Under the pieces are notes generated by a model that made no database searches, was not told where the DNA came from, and worked only from the letters and a program-made list of their open reading frames with translations. Shown piece after piece: positions 8,387 to 16,541 of a DNA stretch of 63,384 nucleotides; the first letter of the stretch is position 1; each line of letters starts with the position of its first letter. The stretch covers positions 1 through 63,384 of the forward strand of contig DASXSR010000288.1 in assembly GCA_036505875.1 (NCBI GenBank). The letters run 5' to 3'. The DNA is from Blastocatellia bacterium. GTDB lineage: Bacteria; Acidobacteriota; Blastocatellia; UBA7656. The position numbers and the translations under genes are program-made.

Positions 8387-9355
8387 TCACGAGCGCCGCG
8401 ATGGACCGCCAACTGACGTTTCGTAGATGACACGCGAAATGTCAGCAATCAACTTATGCGCTCGTTTCTCGTCTTCAATCCCGCGAGTCAGAATAACAAG
8501 CACGTAAGGTTTCCGGCCTTTCAAGTAAACAATCGCCGCGTCGTGATTGATCCTGGTGATCGACCCTGTCTTGTGTGATACCCGCGCGTCTTTCGGCAAA
8601 CCCGCGGGGATCCCTTCGTTGAATTTTTGATCGAGCATGATTTTGATCATCTCATCGGACGCCTTGGCCGAGACCGCGCGTCGCTCCGCTATTAGTTGCA
8701 TTATGATCATCAGGTCCCGCGCAGTAGTCGTGTTGTTCAAGCCTTTCTGGAAAGCCTTTCCGTCTTCAACGCCACGCAGCACGTGCATGTTGTCTGCCCC
8801 TATCGTGCGCATCAGCTCCATCACGCGTTCAGGCGTAACTCGCTCCATCAACAAGTTTGTCGCCAGATTGCTGCTGACGGTTATCATCAGCCGAACCAGC
8901 TCGCGAATTGTCTGGGGCTGCCCGATCCGTTTGTAGAGGGACTGCTCGGAATCGCTTTCGCCAGAAAGGGAATAATGACTACCGTCGGCGAGGCTCGCGA
9001 AATCGTTCTTGATCGGGATGCGTTGATCGAATTTGAGCTTGCGCGCCGCAGCCTGACGATAGACTTCCATCATCACAGGCACTTTCATAGTACTTGCCGC
9101 GTGAAAGCTGACGTCGGGATTGATCAATAATTCGCGACCGGTATCGAGGTCGTGATAAGCGACGGCGACCGTTTCGGCGCCGCTCGACCGGATTAGCTCA
9201 TCGATTAGCTTTTCTAGATCGGGGGACGCGCAAACAGCGACTGAACACGAGCCTTGACAAGAGAAGCTCAACGTCAGGATTCCAAGGACGAGAAGCCGAA
9301 TCGGGGGAAGAAGCCTCCTGCGTAAAGATTGCCGGAGCGCGTAGTGCGTTCGCAT
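8387..9355 (-). CDS. Secreted class A beta-lactamase-like serine hydrolase
   Basis: 322-aa ORF with an N-terminal signal/TM segment, an S-x-x-K motif (ASTMKV), SSN (SxN) and HKTGS (KTG). Confidence 0.75.
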   Translation of the reverse strand: MRTHYALRQSLRRRLLPPIRLLVLGILTLSFSCQGSCSVAVCASPDLEKLIDELIRSSGAETVAVAYHDLDTGRELLINPDVSFHAASTMKVPVMMEVYRQAAARKLKFDQRIPIKNDFASLADGSHYSLSGESDSEQSLYKRIGQPQTIRELVRLMITVSSNLATNLLMERVTPERVMELMRTIGADNMHVLRGVEDGKAFQKGLNNTTTARDLMIIMQLIAERRAVSAKASDEMIKIMLDQKFNEGIPAGLPKDARVSHKTGSITRINHDAAIVYLKGRKPYVLVILTRGIEDEKRAHKLIADISRVIYETSVGGPSRRS

Positions 9356-9397
9356 CTGTGAGGAGTTTTAGCACCGCGCGTCAAAGTCGTCAATTGA

Positions 9398-9502
9398 GCG
9401 TGATTCGTGAAGCGTGACCCGAGATTCGTGATTGAGCACGTAGTAACGAATTCATTCGTTCTGTCGACAACAAACGAATGAATTCGTTACTACGTGCTCA
9501 AT
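9398..9502. repeat. Heptamer tract fused to a nested-palindrome inverted repeat
   Basis: Positions 9398-9436 have 7-nt periodicity: CGTGATT CGTGAAG CGTGACC CGAGATT CGTGATT. After that, ATTGAGCACGTAGTAACGAATTCATTCGTT (9431-9460) is perfectly complementary over 30 bp to 9473-9502. The inner palindrome is ACGAAT-TC-ATTCGT and the loop is cTGTCGACAaca. Confidence 0.9.
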
Positions 9503-9516
9503 CGTCCGCAACATTC

Positions 9517-10260
9517 TTACGGGTGACGCAAACTGAGGCTGCCTGACACCGTCGACATCTTCAGGTGTCGCGAGCCCTCGCCCAGCTTGCCTCGCGCCGA
9601 AGTATGAATGCCGTGTCGGTCCTTCTGAACCTCGACCGGGAAGTCAGTGTTTATCGAGCCGCTGAGGCTGGAAATGTCAACCTCGGCGTCGAGAGTGGCT
9701 GGCGCCGTCACGCTCACGTCGCCGCTCACGCTTGAGAACTTCATGTCGTCGGAGCCTTCCAGCCGGGCGATCTCGACCTTCACGCCGCCGCTCACGGATG
9801 AGGCGCTTACTGAGCCGGATACTTCCTTGATATGAACGTCGCCGCTCACGGACGAGGCGCGCAAACGTCCCAAAACTCCGGTCACCTGGACCTCGCCGCT
9901 CACCGAGCTGATGCGATCGTAGTCGTAGTTCACCGAACGTGGCGCTTGCACTTCGAAACGAACGCTCGCGTCGCAGTTGCAATTCTTGGGATAGCGCACT
10001 CCTACGTCGACATTGGCGGGGCCGCTGCGATCTTCGATCTCGATCACTTCCTGGTCGCGACCGCTCTTGGTGGCCTTGACGATGATCGCATCACCGTCGT
10101 AGCCGGTGACAATCACGTCACCCGAGATGTTGCTGATTCGCACTTGGCCTCCTGTGCCGATGCGGTAACTCTTCTGAAAATCCTGCGCCGCGGCGGTTGC
10201 GGCGAGAGCGAATCCGAACAGCGCCGTGGCGACAACAATTCGAGGCAGACTTGCTTTCAT
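9517..10260 (-). CDS. DUF4097-family beta-strand repeat protein (putative adhesin), secreted
   Basis: 247-aa ORF with a signal peptide and repeated (V/I)SGDV.V / SVSG.V motifs. Confidence 0.7.
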   Translation of the reverse strand: MKASLPRIVVATALFGFALAATAAAQDFQKSYRIGTGGQVRISNISGDVIVTGYDGDAIIVKATKSGRDQEVIEIEDRSGPANVDVGVRYPKNCNCDASVRFEVQAPRSVNYDYDRISSVSGEVQVTGVLGRLRASSVSGDVHIKEVSGSVSASSVSGGVKVEIARLEGSDDMKFSSVSGDVSVTAPATLDAEVDISSLSGSINTDFPVEVQKDRHGIHTSARGKLGEGSRHLKMSTVSGSLSLRHP

Positions 10261-10365
10261 TTGGCGGCACTCCTTTTTAAGTTTTCAAAGCCTGGTACGC
10301 TCGTGAGTGACAAAGCGGCTGGAAAGGTTTCAACACTTGGATTCAGAACCTCTCACGCGACGGTG

Positions 10366-10394
10366 TTGACTCACGACGTGTCGAATTACAGAAT
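10366..10394 (+). promoter_or_regulatory. Candidate sigma-70 promoter for the PDO-like gene
   Basis: TTGACT (10366-10371), a 17-nt spacer, then CAGAAT (10389-10394). GGAGGA at 10403-10408 precedes the ATG at 10420. This is pattern match only. Confidence 0.3.
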
Positions 10395-10419
10395 AATAGA
10401 ACGGAGGAGTGAGAGACCG

Positions 10420-11115
10420 ATGGGACTAATATCAGAAAACGACCAGGAAACAATCCGAAAACTCTTTGACGAAAACCTCGCAGGCGATGTCGATATCGTC
10501 ATGTTCACCGAGCGCCAGTCGCCCATCATCATTCCAGGGAAGCAGCCTTGCGAGTTGTGCGATCAAACGCAAGAATTGCTCGAAGAAGTTGCGTCGCTGT
10601 CTGACAAGCTGAAGCTGACCGTGCACGAAATCTCGAAGGCAAAGGAAGAGGCCTTCGCGCTGGGGATCAATCGCGTGCCGGCCTTCGTGTGCACCGGAGC
10701 GGCGCGCGGTCGAGTGCGTTTCTTCGGAATCCCATCAGGCTATGAGTTCTCTGCCATGCTCGCCGATCTTGTCGATGTGTCGAAAGGGACGACTGAACTT
10801 TCAGACGAGACGCGCGAATATCTCGGCACGCTGACCGAGGATGTGAACATCAAGGTCTTCACGACACCCACCTGACCGTATTGTCCATCAGCGGCCAGGT
10901 TGGCCCATCAGATGGCAGTCGAGAGCGAGCACGTAACGGCGGATGTTATCGAGGCCCAGGAATTCCCCGATCTCGCGCGACGATACGGCGTGCGCGGCGT
11001 GCCCAAGATAATCATCAACGAGACTACGGAGTTTGTGGGTGCGCTGCCCGAATCACAATATCTCGCGCAGCTTCGCGCCGCGGTCGAGAGTAACGGAGGA
11101 ACTGGCGTACAGTAG
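10420..11115 (+). CDS. Protein disulfide oxidoreductase / glutaredoxin-like two-domain protein (PDO, GlrX_arch-like) with an in-frame TGA at 10873-10875, read here as selenocysteine (U-P-Y-C)
   Basis: The track ORFs ending at 10875 and starting at 10900 are in the same frame. The joined product (231 codons) has an N-terminal unit with a CELC motif. Its C-terminal unit reads ...NIKVFTTPT-[TGA]-PYCPSAARLAHQMAVESEHVTADVIEAQEFPDLARRYGVRGVPKIIIN. This fits the pattern of the CPYC Trx-fold unit of PDO-type proteins, as recalled, with TGA exactly at the first Cys. A good SD precedes the ATG at 10420. Confidence 0.6.
10880..10919 (+). promoter_or_regulatory. Candidate bacterial SECIS hairpin
   Basis: The hairpin starts 5 nt after the TGA. 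Lower stem: 10880-10883 pairs with 10916-10919. Middle stem: CCAUC (10885-10889) pairs with GAUGG (10911-10915). An internal loop follows, then the upper stem GGCC(A) pairs with (U)GGCC. The apical loop A-GGU-U places GGU about 25 nt after the U of UGA. Confidence 0.45.
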
Positions 11116-11116
11116 C

Positions 11117-11671
11117 TTATTTCCAACTCACTCGATAGCGGCAGAATTCGCCGCCTTTGGCCCGGCACGTTTCTTCTACAATCTCGACGTCCGTTGCGCC
11201 GCACATCCCAAGAGCCCGCTTATACCAGCCGATGACCGTCAGGCAATCGGTAGCAGAGTAAGTCTCTGCCTCGTATGTAGTCATCACGCCTGAAGTTGGG
11301 CCGGTAGGTTTGTAATCGCGCCAACCCTTGTCGTAATACACGTGATATATCAACGGCGCGCGCAACATGAAGCCCTGTGGATTGCCGGGATCAAGATAAA
11401 ACTTCTGCACGCCGCTCAGGTTTTGCTCGGCCGAGGCAGCGCCCATTTCTTCAAACAATCGCGGATCGCCCTTGCCGATCACCCGAGCGATAGCTTCGTC
11501 CAGTCGCTGGCCGGTTTCAAAATGATACCAACCGGCGCTGTTGATCGGGTTGCGCAGAATAGCCTGGTCCGACGCGGAGAGATCTGACAGCACTTGTTCT
11601 ACCGCCTCGGTTCCAAAGCGCTCCTTTATGAACTCAAGCCGAGACTGCAAAATACCGCCTTTGATTTCCAT
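11117..11671 (-). CDS. DUF2378/V4R-like (heme-NO-binding-like) small-ligand-binding family protein. The ATG at 11671 is preferred; the ORF is open to 11713.
   Basis: The product begins MEIKGGILQSRLEFIKERFG and has WYHFE in the middle. It ends ...CRAKGGEFCRYRVSWK, which resembles the C..G...C.F...W signature of V4R/DUF2378 proteins. Confidence 0.5.
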   Translation of the reverse strand: MEIKGGILQSRLEFIKERFGTEAVEQVLSDLSASDQAILRNPINSAGWYHFETGQRLDEAIARVIGKGDPRLFEEMGAASAEQNLSGVQKFYLDPGNPQGFMLRAPLIYHVYYDKGWRDYKPTGPTSGVMTTYEAETYSATDCLTVIGWYKRALGMCGATDVEIVEETCRAKGGEFCRYRVSWK

Positions 11672-11800
11672 CTGATGAGCCTGTGTTTTTGTTGGGACTG
11701 GTCCTGCGGGCATTCGAATACTACAAGATGGACTCGCCGCACGTCCAGGACAGTGAAAGGGATTATTTGAGAGAGTCGCTACTTTCAGTCGCGCTTCGTC

Positions 11801-12691
11801 TTACAGTTCTTGCGCGAATCTTCCGGAACGAAGGTCCGAAAGTGTTTGCTCGATTTCCTCTCTGGTATTCATCACGAAAGGACCGTATCGCGCGATCGGT
11901 TCCTTCAGCGGCTTGCCGGAGACCATCAGAAATCGGACTGGACTTTCACCGGTGAACACCTTCACAAAATCGCCGTCGCCGAACACGACGAGCCTCGTGT
12001 GAGAGGTCGTCTCGTCTCTATCAAACCAGGCTTCGCCTTCGAAGACGTAAGCGAACGCCGTGTGACCACGACTGATCGGATGCGTGAAGGAAGATCCCGC
12101 AGGAATGGAGACGTCGAGATAAGTCGGATCCGCGGCGATCTCGCTAACCGGTCCTTTGACGCCGACGACTTCTCCGGTAATGACGCGAACGCGCGCGCCA
12201 CCGTCGATGTCGATTTCGGGAATCGCGCTCGATCTGATGTCTTGGTATCGCGGCTTGGTCATCTTGAGCTTTGCCGGGAGGTTGACCCAAAGCTGAAATC
12301 CGTCGATTCCTTCAGGAGTCACGCGCGGCATCTCTTCGTGCATGATTCCGCCGCCCGCAGTCATCCATTGAACGTCCCCCGGTCCGATACTCCCGGAGTT
12401 GCCCAGGCTATCGCGATGATCGACGAAACCTCGCAACACGTAGGTGACGGTTTCGATGCCTCGATGAGGGTGTCTCGGAAAACCCGCTTCGTAATCCTCA
12501 CGCTTGCTGTCCTTGAAATGATCGAGCAACAGAAATGGATCGAGATAATCGAGCGTCCCAGTGCCGATGCTTCGCTTGAGCTTGACCCCCGCGCCTTCGA
12601 CGACCGGTTGCGGCTCGATGATCTTCTCGACTTTTCTTTGAACTGAATTCACGGGTCTCTCCTCATTTGCGCCGCTATGATTAGCACCCAC
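11801..12691 (-). CDS. Pirin-family protein (bicupin)
   Basis: 296-aa ORF with F..HPHRGIETVTYVL.G...H.DS.GN and G.VQWMTAG.GI.H.E motifs. Confidence 0.9.
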   Translation of the reverse strand: MGANHSGANEERPVNSVQRKVEKIIEPQPVVEGAGVKLKRSIGTGTLDYLDPFLLLDHFKDSKREDYEAGFPRHPHRGIETVTYVLRGFVDHRDSLGNSGSIGPGDVQWMTAGGGIMHEEMPRVTPEGIDGFQLWVNLPAKLKMTKPRYQDIRSSAIPEIDIDGGARVRVITGEVVGVKGPVSEIAADPTYLDVSIPAGSSFTHPISRGHTAFAYVFEGEAWFDRDETTSHTRLVVFGDGDFVKVFTGESPVRFLMVSGKPLKEPIARYGPFVMNTREEIEQTLSDLRSGRFAQEL

Positions 12692-12739
12692 GGTTTATTA
12701 AGAATAGCGCATTTGCGCCGATCGCGGAATCGGGACGGA

Positions 12740-13198
12740 CTACAAGCCTTCAAACTCGCTGACGCGTTTGCGGAGGAGATCAGGCACAGGTGTTGACTTT
12801 AAAGTCTTCGGGTCAACGCATACATAGAGCGAAGTCGCCGAACCGATTAGCCGGTCCTCGTTTTGAGGGTAGATCTCGAACTCGAATGTGAGGCTTGTGT
12901 TTCCCAGTCTGGACACGCGGGTGTGAACTTCAAGAATCTCATCGAACTTGGCCGGCGATTTGAAGTCCATCGTCGTTCTCGCCAGCACCGTGTCGACCCC
13001 CAGCGCCAGCAGATCGCTCCACGTTAAGCCAACGGTGCGGAAGTACTCAGTCCACGCCACGTCGTAGTAGGTAAGGTAGTTTCCGTTAAAGACGATGCCT
13101 TGCAGGTCCGTGTCGGCGAAACGGACTCGAATGTCGTGATGGAAGTGAAAATTCGATTTCACGCGCCGTATGATGTCAGAAAGCTTTTTGGTTATCAA
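12740..13198 (-). CDS. Acyl-CoA thioesterase, 4HBT/YbgC family (hotdog fold)
   Basis: 152-aa ORF containing VRFADTDLQGIVFNGNYLTYYDVAWTEYF, the typical N-terminal catalytic Asp context. Confidence 0.85.
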   Translation of the reverse strand: MITKKLSDIIRRVKSNFHFHHDIRVRFADTDLQGIVFNGNYLTYYDVAWTEYFRTVGLTWSDLLALGVDTVLARTTMDFKSPAKFDEILEVHTRVSRLGNTSLTFEFEIYPQNEDRLIGSATSLYVCVDPKTLKSTPVPDLLRKRVSEFEGL

Positions 13199-13364
13199 CG
13201 CCGGTTCAGGACGGTAGCCGTGAGTTGGGCACTTCGGACTCCAGCGGGGAAGCGCTCGCAGTACCCAAACTGGACGCTGGATAAGCTATTGAGCCCGTCG
13301 CGAGCTAGTAGTAATATACTGTTGTGAGTTCCGAGCGCCTACCTTAATCAGCAGTTTTCACGTT

Positions 13365-14135
13365 ATGACGGACCTCTACGGGATTCTCGGACTGACGCCG
13401 CGCGCAACGGCCGGTGAAATTAAGTCGGCCTACCGCCGGCTCGCGCGCAAATACCATCCTGACGTTTCAGCTTCTCCCGACGCCAGCGCCCGGTTCGTTC
13501 AAATCAATCGCGCTTACCAGATTCTGAGCGACACGCGGCGGCGGGCAGCGTACGACAGCGGTCAATACAATGACTCGAAGCGGACTTTCTACGCTTCGCG
13601 TCAAGCTGAAGTGGTCGCGATGCAGCGCCACTTCGATCGCATAGTCGACGAGTGGATGGCTCGCGACCGGCAGGAGGCGGCTGCGCGAGCGCATGCTGTC
13701 CTGATCGTCGTGCCGCTATTTCTCTCGGCGTTTTATGTGATGGTATCCCAGCCTACAATCATCGAGGAGTCGCGGCTGATTGGCCGAATCGCGATCCTCG
13801 CTCTGGCGCTTTACGGATTGATCTACCTGGTGAAGAACCTCACCATCGTGTTTTCACGTTACACTTATCACGTCCCTGGCCATCTGACCTCGGTGTTTCG
13901 AGAACAGCAAGTGCCGATTGATAAATCGATCAGCCGAAGAGCAGGCCTGATCTTCCTGATTTGCGGCTATCTGGTCTCGATCGGCTTGGGCTACGTCGTT
14001 AGCAAGTTTGTGCCGGGACGTTATAGCGCGGCGCTGAGCTTCAGCACGCTCCTGGGCGCGCTCGTGTACCCACCAATTGCCGTTCTGATCATAGGAGGCA
14101 TACGCCGAGTCGCCGGCATTATTGATCGCTTGTAA
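13365..14135 (+). CDS. J-domain membrane protein
   Basis: N-terminal DLYGILGL....A...IK.AYR.LA.KYHPD (HPD motif). It is followed by several hydrophobic helices. Confidence 0.8.
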   Translation: MTDLYGILGLTPRATAGEIKSAYRRLARKYHPDVSASPDASARFVQINRAYQILSDTRRRAAYDSGQYNDSKRTFYASRQAEVVAMQRHFDRIVDEWMARDRQEAAARAHAVLIVVPLFLSAFYVMVSQPTIIEESRLIGRIAILALALYGLIYLVKNLTIVFSRYTYHVPGHLTSVFREQQVPIDKSISRRAGLIFLICGYLVSIGLGYVVSKFVPGRYSAALSFSTLLGALVYPPIAVLIIGGIRRVAGIIDRL

Positions 14136-14142
14136 GAGGACA

Positions 14143-14661
14143 ATGCGGTACGTTGAATTGCCAATTGGAGATCGCGCGCCTGAGGTGTTCAACGTCGTGG
14201 TGGAAATACCAAAGGGCAGCGTCAACAAGTACGAGTACGACGCCAAGCTAAACGTTTTCCGGCTGGACCGAACTCTGTATTCGCCGATTCATTATCCAGG
14301 CGACTATGGGTTCGTCCCTTCGACCGTTGCGCGCGATGGCGATCCGCTGGACGCGCTGGTGCTGGTCGAGAGCGCGTCATTTTCGGGCTGCGTCATCGAG
14401 GCGCGAGCTCTGGGTTTGCTTGCGATGGTCGATCAGGGCGTTGAAGACCTGAAACTGCTTTGTGTGCCAACCGAGGATCCGCGGCAGGAGACTGTTCAGA
14501 ATTTCAGCGACATCGAGCCTCACCGACTCCGTGAAATAGAATACTTCTTTGGGATCTACAAAGAACTGGAGGGAAAGGAGACGGAAACTCGTGGCTGGCG
14601 CAGCGCCGAAGAAGCAAGAAAAGCGATCGAGCTGGCGAGCGCGCAATTCAAGAAGAAATGA
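14143..14661 (+). CDS. ppa: Inorganic pyrophosphatase (family I). The start at 14143 is preferred.
   Basis: The product has VVVEIPKGS.NKYEYD, Y.P..YGF.P.T...DGDPLD.LV and DEG..D.K-like motifs. Confidence 0.92.
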   Translation: MRYVELPIGDRAPEVFNVVVEIPKGSVNKYEYDAKLNVFRLDRTLYSPIHYPGDYGFVPSTVARDGDPLDALVLVESASFSGCVIEARALGLLAMVDQGVEDLKLLCVPTEDPRQETVQNFSDIEPHRLREIEYFFGIYKELEGKETETRGWRSAEEARKAIELASAQFKKK

Positions 14662-14719
14662 TTCGTGATTCGTGATTCGTTATTCGTTCACAAATCACGT
14701 ATCACGTATCACGAATCAC
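14661..14719. repeat. Heptamer-built hairpin (CGTGATT type) between the convergent ppa and DUF4388-J-TPR genes
   Basis: GTGATTCGTGAT (14665-14676) is perfectly complementary to ATCACGAATCAC (14708-14719). The inner part continues with 7-nt periodicity (TTCGTTA TTCGT / ACGTATC ACGTATC) and has periodic mismatches. Confidence 0.85.
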
Positions 14720-14722
14720 TTC

Positions 14723-16357
14723 TCACTTCTTAAAAATCTTTTTCGCGATCGAGCCGACGTCGGATTTCCAAATGCTGGCTTGAGCGAGATCGGTTTTGAG
14801 GCCGCCGCCGTTGGTTTCTCGCCGCGCCACGCGGTTGTCGGGATCGAGTTGAAGCGCCTCGTGAAAATAATGCTCAGCCCTCTTGAGCAATCCAGCTTGC
14901 TTGTATAACAGCCCAAGCTTAGCTCGAATCTGCGCGTTGTAAGGCTCGAGCTCGGCCGCCTTTGACAAGTGCCCCTCTGCTTCACGGCGAGTGCGAGGGT
15001 TTCGGATCAGGGCTATGCCCAGATGAAAGTGATAGGCCGCGCGCGTTGAATCCAACTTGATCGCTTCTCGAAGCAGGTGAACTGCTGCGTGATATTCCTT
15101 TCTCTCAAATCGCGCGCGCCCTTGATTGTAGTAAAGCTCGGCCATCTGCGCGGGCGGGAGATGAGGCTCAGTCTTGCGCGCGAGAGGGATTGCTTCGACT
15201 GCCGGCGCTGCAGCGGCGGCCGTCGTCGCCTCGACGACTTCTCCTTGTGTTTCTGCGTTGAGGTCGCCGCTCGGCATTCGCAGATCATCATATGACTTGG
15301 ACTCGCTCCCCGACCCGGTCGGCACTCTCGATTGATCCTTTGCTCTAATTTTTTCGTCGTACGCCGCGCGTGCCGCAGGGTGGTTTAGAGTGTCGTATGC
15401 CTGAGTCATCAACGCAAACAGCGCCTCAAGCATGTTACGCAAATCACCCACGTCACGACGGCCGTATCGGTCCGGATGATATTTCTTGGCGAGATGATAG
15501 TAGGCTGCCTTTACCTCTGCCATTGTGGACTGACGCGTCACTTCCAACACGTCGTAATAATCGCCAGTCGTGCTGAAATGCAGCTTGCGAGCAACGTCCT
15601 CGCGCAAGTGCTCTAACGACTCTTCATCCTGGCCGTCAGCTTCATCGTGCAGGTCTCCGTTGCGACCGGCGAGCTTCAGGAACCCGGCAGCGATCAACGC
15701 GCAAACCGCGCGATGCGCGTCGGCTTCTCCAAGCCCGCTCAACGGTCCCACCTCGCTGACCGGGGTGGGCGATTCGATCCGCGACAAGATATAGCTCTCT
15801 GTTGGAATCAGCTTGCCCGAGTCGGCGCCGAGACCGTTGGTCGTCGCTCGAATCACAACTCCGTCGCGGGGCGCAAGCGCTTCAGCCGCCCGCTCGACCT
15901 CCGCCGCACGACGCGCTCCTTCCAATAGCACCTCGGCCGCGGTCATCTTCAGCATCACATCGTGAGCAGTTCGGATCCGCGGGTCAAACGCGTAATCGCC
16001 CTCAGTCCATTCGAACAGTGACAGTATAATGCCCATCGCCTGAGAGCGAACCAACTCCTGCATCTGCTCGTCTTCCAGGAGACCCATCTCGACCAGCACA
16101 GGGCCGAGCCGGTTGGTCTTCCCCCCGCGCTGCTTGGCCTGCTCGATCACCTCGAAAGAGAGCAGTCCTTCCTTTACGAGTTTGTGATCGAGCTGCTCGG
16201 TTGTAATGTTGCTGATTGCGAAGGTAGGCGCGCCGTCCTCGAAGAAAATCGCCTTGATTACTTTGCCGCGCGACAACCGCAGCAGGCCGCTTGAGTTCTG
16301 TTGAGCTAACTCTCGAATGAGATTCGGGAGAAGTTTTTCGCCGAGCTGTCCCTGCAC
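14723..16357 (-). CDS. DUF4388 (PATAN-like) + J-domain + TPR protein
   Basis: The N-terminus reads L.NLIRELAQQNSSGLLRL..G...KAIFFEDG, which is DUF4388-like. The central region DYYDVLEV......EVKAAYY.LAKKYHPDR is a J domain. The C-terminus has TPR-like helices (YYNQGRA...Y..A...L.EA..LD). Confidence 0.75.
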   Translation of the reverse strand: MQGQLGEKLLPNLIRELAQQNSSGLLRLSRGKVIKAIFFEDGAPTFAISNITTEQLDHKLVKEGLLSFEVIEQAKQRGGKTNRLGPVLVEMGLLEDEQMQELVRSQAMGIILSLFEWTEGDYAFDPRIRTAHDVMLKMTAAEVLLEGARRAAEVERAAEALAPRDGVVIRATTNGLGADSGKLIPTESYILSRIESPTPVSEVGPLSGLGEADAHRAVCALIAAGFLKLAGRNGDLHDEADGQDEESLEHLREDVARKLHFSTTGDYYDVLEVTRQSTMAEVKAAYYHLAKKYHPDRYGRRDVGDLRNMLEALFALMTQAYDTLNHPAARAAYDEKIRAKDQSRVPTGSGSESKSYDDLRMPSGDLNAETQGEVVEATTAAAAAPAVEAIPLARKTEPHLPPAQMAELYYNQGRARFERKEYHAAVHLLREAIKLDSTRAAYHFHLGIALIRNPRTRREAEGHLSKAAELEPYNAQIRAKLGLLYKQAGLLKRAEHYFHEALQLDPDNRVARRETNGGGLKTDLAQASIWKSDVGSIAKKIFKK

Positions 16358-16541
16358 TGGAGCTTCCTGTGAGGCAGTGGGCTACTGGAGGGGTAGCCAC
16401 GGTACATAGGGCTTCGGGGGCCGTACAGCGATATTCTAGATTGAAAGCAGGCCGGGTTCAATAGTCTTGCAATGACGTTGACGGTCCAGTCTCTTGACGC
16501 TCAACGTGGGCGTTTGCTCTAATCGAAACGGATACAAGCCG

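Noticed and set aside
9832-10419. N-terminal 196 codons of track ORF 9832-10875
   Set aside because: This part overlaps the convincing minus-strand DUF4097 gene and the intergenic region and has no protein-like features. The real CDS starts at the ATG at 10420 with a GGAGGA Shine-Dalgarno sequence.
16473-16523. 16-codon ORF (MTLTVQSLDAQRGRLL) upstream of the IPMS-like gene, considered as a Leu leader peptide
   Set aside because: It has only 4 non-consecutive Leu codons. No terminator or antiterminator follows, and it overlaps the candidate promoter. This is not comparable to the His leader.
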